Assembly: GCA_947302435.1 (NCBI GenBank)
Contig: CAMYVQ010000001.1
Coordinates: 38,051 to 102,050, forward strand
Origin: an uncultured Prevotella sp.
GTDB taxonomy: Bacteria > Bacteroidota > Bacteroidia > Bacteroidales > Bacteroidaceae
Length of the DNA: 64,000 bases
Direction: 5' to 3'
In this document: positions 57,429 through 64,000 of the stretch, piece after piece
Numbering within the stretch: the first letter of the stretch is position 1
Layout of the letters: every line of letters begins with the position of its first letter
Program-made: the position numbers and the translations under genes
Notes under the pieces: generated by a model
Seen by the model: the letters and a program-made list of their open reading frames with translations, nothing else
Databases searched by the model: none
What the model was told of the DNA's origin: nothing

Positions 57429-58046
57429 ATGATTGGAAATTTAAGGCTGATTCTTCTGGCGTTGATCGTGGCAACCACTTTAAGTTGCTGCCTTCCTATG
57501 GCGGCTCAGTCACAACCCGACGAAGTGACGGAGCTGGTTGACTCGGGGCAGACTGGCGGTATTGATCTCTTTTCTGACACGACAGCTGTAGATACCGGTC
57601 AGCAGGTGGCATACGACATCGTTGATGATAGCGACAGCAGTATGTCCGACTTTGAAGTGTCTTCGGGCATGTTTTTCACGATGGCCATCCTGTTCACTGC
57701 ATTGCTCGCACTGTTCATGTTGGGGCTTGTGCTCTTTCCTATTATTATACTGATATTGTTTCTTGTGCTTATCGTTAGGCGCAGTCGTAAGCGTGAGCGT
57801 AAACTGAACGAAATGGAAGAAAACCTGAATGCCCAAAATAAACATCAAAAAATAGAAATAGAAATGGAAAAGAAATTGCGTCGTTCACAAAATCAGATGC
57901 TTGGTGGTGTGTGTGCCGGACTGGCCGAATATTTTGACTTGGATCCCACGGTGGTCAGAATCGCCTACGTGCTGCTGACGGTCTTCACGGCCTTCAGCGG
58001 TGTCATCATCTATCTTGTTCTTTTGCTGCTGATGCCTCGTGAGTAG
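57429..58046 (+). CDS. Membrane protein fused in frame to a C-terminal PspC domain (PspC part 57864-58046)
   Basis: Signal peptide plus TM segment, then MEKKLRRS..MLGGVCAGLAEYFDLDPTVVRI..YLVLLLLMP. Confidence 0.8.
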   Translation: MIGNLRLILLALIVATTLSCCLPMAAQSQPDEVTELVDSGQTGGIDLFSDTTAVDTGQQVAYDIVDDSDSSMSDFEVSSGMFFTMAILFTALLALFMLGLVLFPIIILILFLVLIVRRSRKRERKLNEMEENLNAQNKHQKIEIEMEKKLRRSQNQMLGGVCAGLAEYFDLDPTVVRIAYVLLTVFTAFSGVIIYLVLLLLMPRE

Positions 58047-60216
58047 GTGAAGGTGTGTTCTCTTCGGTGAACAACCCGTAGGTGGTGCGCAGCACGATGA
58101 ACTCGGTGCGCCGGTTCAGCTGGTTGCAGATTTCCTGTTTTTCCTCATCCTTCAGGGCGGTGATGAACTCCTCAGTGAGCACGTCGCCTTCTTTCAGCCA
58201 GTCGTATTTTTCGGTCAGCTTGCGTTTGATGGTCTTCGGCTTCTCCTTGCCGTAGCCTATGGGCGACAGGCGTAGCGAGTCGATGCCGTGCTCCACAAGA
58301 TAGTTGACCACGCTCTCGGCACGTTTTTGCGATAGTCGCTTGTTGTAGGCAGCTGGACCGCGGTAGTCGCAGTGGGCCGACAGTTCGATGGTGACGTTCG
58401 GGTTCTCGTTGAGCAGGGTGATCAGCTTGTCGAGGGCTTCGGTCGATTCGGGGCGCAGCGTGGCCTTGTCGAAGTCATAGAAAATATTGTCGATAAGCAC
58501 GGGAGCCGTGATGGATGCCAACGGGAACTGCAGCACATACTCCATGGATTCCTGTACGGTGTCCACCTTCAGTTGCTCCTTGTGGTTCAGGAATCCCTTG
58601 CAGGTGCCAAGGAATACATAGTCGACACCTGGCTGTATCTCCTGCGTGAACGAGCCGTCGCCCTTCACACTTAGTTTCTGGTTTGTTCCGTCGTTGCCCA
58701 CCATGTAGACCAGTGCCTCGGGCAGTTCGTATCCGTCTTGTTCGTACACCCATCCCTTCACCGTCTGGATCACTTCGTGCTTCTCGAACGAATAGATATG
58801 ATCCCAGCCACGGGCATCGCCACGGTTCGAGCAGAAGAAACCGCGATTGTGCAGCCCCTCGAAGGTCATGCCGAAGTCGTCGCCCGCAGAGTTGAGGGGG
58901 AAGCCGGGGTGCTCTAATTCGTAGAGTGAAGAGTGAAGAGTGAAGAGTGAAGAATTTGCTACCGCATCAGGTTCTCCCGTTTTGTCATTTCTGTTACCTG
59001 TAGCGGTAGCAAATTCTTCACTCTTCACTCTTAACTCTTCACTCTGTGGCTTAGCAATGTAAATATCAAGTCCGCCCATGCCGGGATGACCGTTCGAGGA
59101 GAAATAGAGGTCGCCGTTGGGGCGGAAAGTGGGGAACATCTCGTCGCCTGGCGTATTGATGGGTGTACCGAGGTTCTCCAAGGCCCCGATGCCCGAAGTG
59201 GTGAGCTGGGCGCGCCAGATGTCAAGGCCACCCATGCCGCCGGGCATGTCGCTGACGAAGTAGAGCCACATACCATCGGGTGAGACAGCCGGATGGGCAA
59301 AGAGCGAGAGTGTGTCCTTGGTGATCTCGAACTCCTGGGCCTTGCCCCATGAGGCATCGCTGCGTTTCGAAGTGGCTATCTGTGCGAAGCGCGGGTAGTT
59401 GGGATCGGCCTTGCAGACAGTGAGGTACATCGTCTTTCCGTCGGGCGCAAAGCTGCATGCCCCCTCGTCTTGGTCGGAGTTCAGTTCGCTCTCTATCGAT
59501 TCAGGTTTCATCCAATTCCCCTTCTCGTCCTTATAGGCCACAAAAATATCGGCAGGCTTGGTGCCGGTGATGCCGCTCAACTCGTCGCCCACGGCCTGGT
59601 TGCGGGTCGAGGTGAAGTAAAGCTGGTCGTAGTCGTCGCCTGCCAGCATGGGAGAGTATTCGGCACGGCGCGAGTTGAAGAGATCCTGGCGTTTGATCTC
59701 ATAGCCGGAGAGAGCCGCATCGGCCTTCCATTTCGGAGCCATGCGTGCCGACTCAAGGCCTGTCTTTATAAGAGAGGAGAGAGGAGAGTGGAGAGTGGAG
59801 AGTGGAGAGTGGAGAGAGGAGGGGTGCGATTCGCTGATACCCATACTATCTATAAGTGCTAAGAAAGTCTTTTCTGCCTCTTTGTAGCTGCCGTTCTTCA
59901 GTTGCAACTGACCGAGATAGAACATGCTGAGCGAGTCGGCCTGCTTGTAACGAACGGCGTTATTGTAGGCAGCGATGGCCTTCTGTGTGTAGTTGATGCG
60001 GCGGTAGCAGTCGGCCATCTTTAAAGCCCGCTGTCCGCGCAGGGGCTTGTCCTTCGCTTTGGTTTGTGAATAAGCCTTCTTGTATTGTGCGGCAGCATCG
60101 TAGTATTCCCCCAAGGCATAGAACTTATCGCCCTTCTTCATGGCCGTGTCGGCACCGCACGAAGCGAGCAGCAACGCCCCCAGCATTATATATAATATGG
60201 TGAATACTTTCTGCAT
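58006..60216 (-). CDS. porE: PorE-type type IX secretion lipoprotein (TPR-PD40-OmpA)
   Basis: Lipobox LASC, TPR, PD40 repeats (LYF.S..GG.GGLDI), NIFYDFDKA, HCD.RG..YN.RLSQKRA, NRRTEF. Confidence 0.88.
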   Translation of the reverse strand: MQKVFTILYIMLGALLLASCGADTAMKKGDKFYALGEYYDAAAQYKKAYSQTKAKDKPLRGQRALKMADCYRRINYTQKAIAAYNNAVRYKQADSLSMFYLGQLQLKNGSYKEAEKTFLALIDSMGISESHPSSLHSPLSTLHSPLSSLIKTGLESARMAPKWKADAALSGYEIKRQDLFNSRRAEYSPMLAGDDYDQLYFTSTRNQAVGDELSGITGTKPADIFVAYKDEKGNWMKPESIESELNSDQDEGACSFAPDGKTMYLTVCKADPNYPRFAQIATSKRSDASWGKAQEFEITKDTLSLFAHPAVSPDGMWLYFVSDMPGGMGGLDIWRAQLTTSGIGALENLGTPINTPGDEMFPTFRPNGDLYFSSNGHPGMGGLDIYIAKPQSEELRVKSEEFATATGNRNDKTGEPDAVANSSLFTLHSSLYELEHPGFPLNSAGDDFGMTFEGLHNRGFFCSNRGDARGWDHIYSFEKHEVIQTVKGWVYEQDGYELPEALVYMVGNDGTNQKLSVKGDGSFTQEIQPGVDYVFLGTCKGFLNHKEQLKVDTVQESMEYVLQFPLASITAPVLIDNIFYDFDKATLRPESTEALDKLITLLNENPNVTIELSAHCDYRGPAAYNKRLSQKRAESVVNYLVEHGIDSLRLSPIGYGKEKPKTIKRKLTEKYDWLKEGDVLTEEFITALKDEEKQEICNQLNRRTEFIVLRTTYGLFTEENTPSPTHEASAAKEQDR
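58923..59045. repeat. 123-bp inverted heptamer element in frame inside porE
   Basis: 43-bp arms (AGAGTGA)4-AGAATTTGCTACCGC and its reverse complement with one mismatch; 37-bp core. Confidence 0.95.
59771..59819. repeat. Heptamer array (AGAGWGG)7 inside porE
   Basis: Encodes part of SSLHSPLSTLHSPLSSL. Confidence 0.9.
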
Positions 60217-60265
60217 ACCCTAATATAACGCCTTTGGGCTGTATTTTATTGCATTTGTGCAGACT

Positions 60266-62398
60266 TCAAAGCGGCTTACGGAACGTGCATCCCTCTTTCC
60301 AGCGGGAGCATCCGTAGGCCGTTTTGCCTTTGATGATGGTGCCTTGGCCGCAGAGGGGACAGGGTTGGCCGATAAGGGAATCCTCATCCTCAGAAGAATT
60401 TTTCTTGGATGTACGTTTCTTCTTCGGCTTTTCTTGTGGCTGACTGGCAACGACCTTTTTCTCCGATGGGCTGACAGCTTTTTTCTTTTCTTCCATCACG
60501 GTGACGTGGCGATTGGTGGAATCGGCAATCACCTGACGGACGATTTCGGTGACTTGCTGTTTCAATTCGTCAATGAACTGCTGCGCATCGTATTTTTTTG
60601 CTTCGATGTCGCGCAGTTTCTTCTCCCAGATACCTGTCAGTTCTGCACTTTTCAGTAGCTCTTCGTGAATAAGGTCGATCAGCTCCATGCCCGTCGGCGT
60701 GGCTACAAGGCGTTTGCGCTCCTTGCGGATGTAATGGCGTTTGAACAGTGTCTCGATGATGGCGGCACGGGTGGAAGGACGGCCAATGCCGTTCTCCTTC
60801 ATGGCGCGGCGCAGTTCCTCGTCGTCGACCAGTTTGCCGGCGGTCTCCATGGCACGAAGCAGGGTGGCTTCGGTGTAGTAGGGCGGCGGCGTGGTCATCT
60901 TCTCAGTGAGCGTGGGGGTATGAGGGCCGCTCTCGCCTTTCTGGAAAGCAGGCAGTGTGCGCTCTTCGACCTCTGAACGATCGCCAGATTCTTCATTGTT
61001 CAGACCCTTGTTGCCCCCTCGCTCAGCTTCGCCGCTTGGCTCGCCCAAGAGCTTAGGGGGCATGAGAACAGTGCGCCAGCCTGGGTCGAGGATGGTGCGG
61101 CCTGTGACCTTGAACTCGATGGCTTGTTCTGTAGGTTGCGACTCAGTCGCAACAGACTTAACCTCTCCCAGTACCGTGGTCTGGGCAAAGCGGCAGTCGG
61201 GGTAGAAAACGGCGATGAAGCGACGGGCAATGAGGTCGTAGACCTTTTGCTGCATATCGGCAAGCCCCTGTGGGGGAATGCCGGTGGGAATAATGGCGTG
61301 GTGGTCAGTGACCTTTGAGGAGTCGAAGACCTTCTTCGATTTCGGCAGGGGCTTGCCGCCGAGGGGCTTTACCAGTTCGGCGTAAGGGGCGATACCGGCA
61401 AAGCGTGTCTGATAGAGACCGTTCATGATCTGTGGACACTTAGGGTAGACATCATCGGAAAGGAAGGTTGTGTCTACACGCGGATAGGTGGTGAGCTTCT
61501 GTTCGTAGAGCTGTTGGATAAGGTTCAGGGTCATCTCGGCAGAGAAACCGAATTTCTTGTTGCAGTCCACCTGTAGCGAAGTCAGGTCGTAGAGCGAGGG
61601 CGGTGTTTCCTTTCCCTCTTTCTTCTCTACTTTGGTGACGGTGAAAGGTTTTCCCTCGATGGTGGCAAAGGCCGCCTCTCCTTCTTCCTTTTTGGTGAAA
61701 CGTCCTTGGGTGGCGGTAAAAATGGTGTCGCGATAGACCGTGGCCAATACCCAGTAAGGTTCGGGTTTGAAATTGTCAATCTCTTTCTGGCGGTTCACAA
61801 TGAGGGCCAGCGTAGGGGTCTGTACTCGTCCGATAGAAAGCACTTGTCGGCTTTGACCATATTTAATAGTATATAGACGTGTGCAGTTGATTCCTAATAG
61901 CCAGTCGCCCACGGCGCGTGAGAGTCCGGCCATGTAGAGAGTCTGGTATTCGCTTTGGTCCTTCAGGTTCTGGAAGCCCTCGCGGATGGCTTCGTCGGTC
62001 ATCGACGAGATCCACAGTCGCTTCACAGGGCATTTGGCTTGAGCTTTCTGCATCACCCAGCGCTGAATCAGCTCACCCTCCTGTCCAGCGTCACCGCAGT
62101 TGATGATGCCGTCGGCCTCAGCCATGAGTTTCTCGATGGTGGCAAACTGCTTCTTGATGCCTTGATCCTCTTTCAGTCGGATGCCGAAGCGTGGGGGGAT
62201 CATGGGGAGGGCTGACAGGCTCCATGCCTTCCACATCGGTGTATAGTCTTCAGGCATTTTCAGTTCGCACAGGTGGCCGAATGTCCATGTCACCTGATAG
62301 CCGTTGCCTTCCATATAGCCGTCGCGCGAGGCGTTGGCTCCGATAATCCGTGCGATGTCCTTGGCCACACTGGGTTTCTCTGCAATGCAAACAATCAT
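60266..62398 (-). CDS. topB: DNA topoisomerase III (type IA)
   Basis: IAEKPSVA, TWTFGHL, DAGQEGELI, SIGRVQTPTL, TYPRVD, GIGRPSTRA.IIE.L. Confidence 0.96.
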   Translation of the reverse strand: MIVCIAEKPSVAKDIARIIGANASRDGYMEGNGYQVTWTFGHLCELKMPEDYTPMWKAWSLSALPMIPPRFGIRLKEDQGIKKQFATIEKLMAEADGIINCGDAGQEGELIQRWVMQKAQAKCPVKRLWISSMTDEAIREGFQNLKDQSEYQTLYMAGLSRAVGDWLLGINCTRLYTIKYGQSRQVLSIGRVQTPTLALIVNRQKEIDNFKPEPYWVLATVYRDTIFTATQGRFTKKEEGEAAFATIEGKPFTVTKVEKKEGKETPPSLYDLTSLQVDCNKKFGFSAEMTLNLIQQLYEQKLTTYPRVDTTFLSDDVYPKCPQIMNGLYQTRFAGIAPYAELVKPLGGKPLPKSKKVFDSSKVTDHHAIIPTGIPPQGLADMQQKVYDLIARRFIAVFYPDCRFAQTTVLGEVKSVATESQPTEQAIEFKVTGRTILDPGWRTVLMPPKLLGEPSGEAERGGNKGLNNEESGDRSEVEERTLPAFQKGESGPHTPTLTEKMTTPPPYYTEATLLRAMETAGKLVDDEELRRAMKENGIGRPSTRAAIIETLFKRHYIRKERKRLVATPTGMELIDLIHEELLKSAELTGIWEKKLRDIEAKKYDAQQFIDELKQQVTEIVRQVIADSTNRHVTVMEEKKKAVSPSEKKVVASQPQEKPKKKRTSKKNSSEDEDSLIGQPCPLCGQGTIIKGKTAYGCSRWKEGCTFRKPL
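61131..61153 (+). repeat. GTAG-type REP-like palindrome inside topB
   Basis: GTAG followed by GTTGCGAC-TCA-GTCGCAAC. Confidence 0.65.
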
Positions 62399-62586
62399 GA
62401 TGTTGTGCTCAATTTTTGAGTTGCAAAGGTAGTCAAATAATCCGAAATACAGGAATAATATACAGAAACTATCCTTTTTATACAGAAAAATGTAAAAAAC
62501 GAACGAAAGTTTGCATAATATTTCATGAAATGTTGTATATTTGCAAGCCAAAAACAGCAATTATTCAACTAAAAGCAATAACCAAC

Positions 62587-63669
62587 ATGAGGCAAAACCT
62601 ATTCCGAACCGTTGCTCTGGCAGTCATCATGACCGCGATGGGCGGTCATCAAGCCATGGGGCAACAGCAATCGCAGGATGTCGATTGGATGAAGGACTTT
62701 ACCAGTCGCATCACGTTCAACGGCTATGCGCAGGCCGGTTGGTCGTATCAGGATCCGAACGGACAGAAGACCAATTCTTATAACCTGAAGCGCACGCTGC
62801 TCTGGGCCAAGGCCCGTATCACCGACCGCTGGTTGTTCCTGTTCATGCACGATTTCAACAGTGTGGTACAGGAGTTCTACACCGATTATCGCGTGACGAA
62901 CGACAAGTCGCTGACCGTGCGCTTCGGCCAGTTCAAGCATTCTTTCACCATGGAGAACCCCATGTCGCCCACGCAGTTGGAGCTTATCGATGTCTATTCG
63001 CAGGCAGTGCTCTATTTGGCAGGCGAGGGTCCCGACCCCTTGAACGGTGTGAACTATGGCCGTGACCAAGGACTCATGATCTTTGGCGACCTGTTCGATG
63101 ATTTCTTGCACTATGAACTGGCATTGATGAGTGGTCAGGGTATCAACCGTAAGGATGCCAATACCCAAAAGGACTTCCTTGCCAAGATTGAGTTGCGTCC
63201 GATGGAGGGGCTTCGGCTGGTAGGTTCCACTTATTTGGGAACAGGCAATGCCGTTGATTCGGCCAAGTGGAATAAGATCTCGGTTGGACAAAACTATAAG
63301 CGCAACCGTGTGAGTGCCGGTGCAGAGTATAAGTTTGGCAGCTATGGCAAAGGTGAGTACAAAGAGGCCCGTCCCGTAAGCCTGCGTGCAGAGGCACTGA
63401 TGGGTAAGGATGGCAGCGTGAAGAGTCAGGGCGGATACCTGACGGCCTGTGTGCCCCTTGTCAGCGGCATCGACCTTGTGGCCTCGGGCGACTACTACGA
63501 CCGTAACACAAAGGTGTCGGGCTGGAAACAGTTCAATATGACGGGCGGATTCCAGTATTGGTTCTACAAGAAGTGCCGTCTGCAGTTGCAATACACGCGC
63601 TGCATTTGTGGAGACCGCATCGGTAAAGACTATAACTGGCTACAGGCACAGGTGCAGGTGGCATTCTAA
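62587..63669 (+). CDS. Porin (OprO/OprP-like outer-membrane barrel)
   Basis: Signal peptide, VRFGQFK..F.MEN..SP, GRDQG, terminal QAQVQVAF. Confidence 0.85.
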   Translation: MRQNLFRTVALAVIMTAMGGHQAMGQQQSQDVDWMKDFTSRITFNGYAQAGWSYQDPNGQKTNSYNLKRTLLWAKARITDRWLFLFMHDFNSVVQEFYTDYRVTNDKSLTVRFGQFKHSFTMENPMSPTQLELIDVYSQAVLYLAGEGPDPLNGVNYGRDQGLMIFGDLFDDFLHYELALMSGQGINRKDANTQKDFLAKIELRPMEGLRLVGSTYLGTGNAVDSAKWNKISVGQNYKRNRVSAGAEYKFGSYGKGEYKEARPVSLRAEALMGKDGSVKSQGGYLTACVPLVSGIDLVASGDYYDRNTKVSGWKQFNMTGGFQYWFYKKCRLQLQYTRCICGDRIGKDYNWLQAQVQVAF

Positions 63670-63707
63670 GAGCCCCCTAAGTTAGGGAACTAAAAAAATA
63701 ATTGAAA

Positions 63708-64000
63708 ATGTTTATCAAAGTATTATTAACTATTATTTTTCTGGCCGTGATGATAGGGGTGGGTATGTACACCCGTAAGCAGGCCAGCAGTGTTGATGGA
63801 TTCGTTCTGGGCGGTCGCTCCGTAGGCCCGTGGCTCACGGCCTTTGCTTTCGGCACCAGTTATTTCTCGGCTGTGGTCTTCGTAGGCTATGCCGGACAGT
63901 TTGGCTGGAAATACGGACTTAGCTCCACGTGGATTGGTGTAGGCAACGCCGTTATCGGTTCGCTGTTGGCCTGGCTGTTGTTAGGACGGCGCACCAAACT
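63708..64000 (+). CDS. Sodium:solute symporter family protein (5' part, runs off the window)
   Basis: MFIKVLL..FVLGGRSVGPWLTAFAFGTSYFSAVVFVGYAGQFGW. Confidence 0.9.
   Translation, partial: MFIKVLLTIIFLAVMIGVGMYTRKQASSVDGFVLGGRSVGPWLTAFAFGTSYFSAVVFVGYAGQFGWKYGLSSTWIGVGNAVIGSLLAWLLLGRRTK

Noticed and set aside
62399-62586. N-terminal extensions of topB and the porin in the ORF track (similarly tdk, thyA, SLC13, RsmF-like, gldH)
   Set aside because: The extensions run through AT-rich promoter regions containing TAnnTTTG boxes, and downstream Met codons match family N-termini

Overview
A 64-kb chromosomal segment from a Bacteroidales bacterium, most likely Prevotella-like. This is inferred from TAnnTTTG -7 promoter boxes, SusC/SusD, PorE/GldH, a purH-mreBCD-mrdA-rodA operon and Prevotella-type C-terminal sorting tails. 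Most of it is housekeeping: tdk, rsmI, metF, holB, ricT, the mre operon, folA, thyA, corA, pepD, an RsmF-like methyltransferase, porE and topB. There are two TonB-dependent uptake loci, one protease-associated and one with a periplasmic heavy-metal-binding protein. Two AT-richer accessory patches occur. The first lies next to tRNA-Lys (DUF697/EcsC-like membrane proteins, a zinc-ribbon/glycine-zipper/ACP-like fusion lacking the ACP serine, and decayed genes). The second lies between thyA and the RsmF-like gene (HipBA-type pair, frameshifted surface protein, unannotated 54-aa YxxP peptide, Rpn-like nuclease). The most unusual signals are non-coding. (i) Inverted heptamer-array elements built from several different 7-mers sit between genes and in-frame inside porE and the RsmF-like gene. 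(ii) A leader peptide (MDDYPAKTFKR) plus terminator upstream of corA is a candidate attenuator. (iii) Several REP/MITE-like palindromic families occur, two of them in-frame in topB. (iv) A four-copy, 21-bp-period operator array lies next to an AraC regulator. No CRISPR array, rRNA or intact integrase/transposase was seen. Family names come from motif recognition, not database searches.
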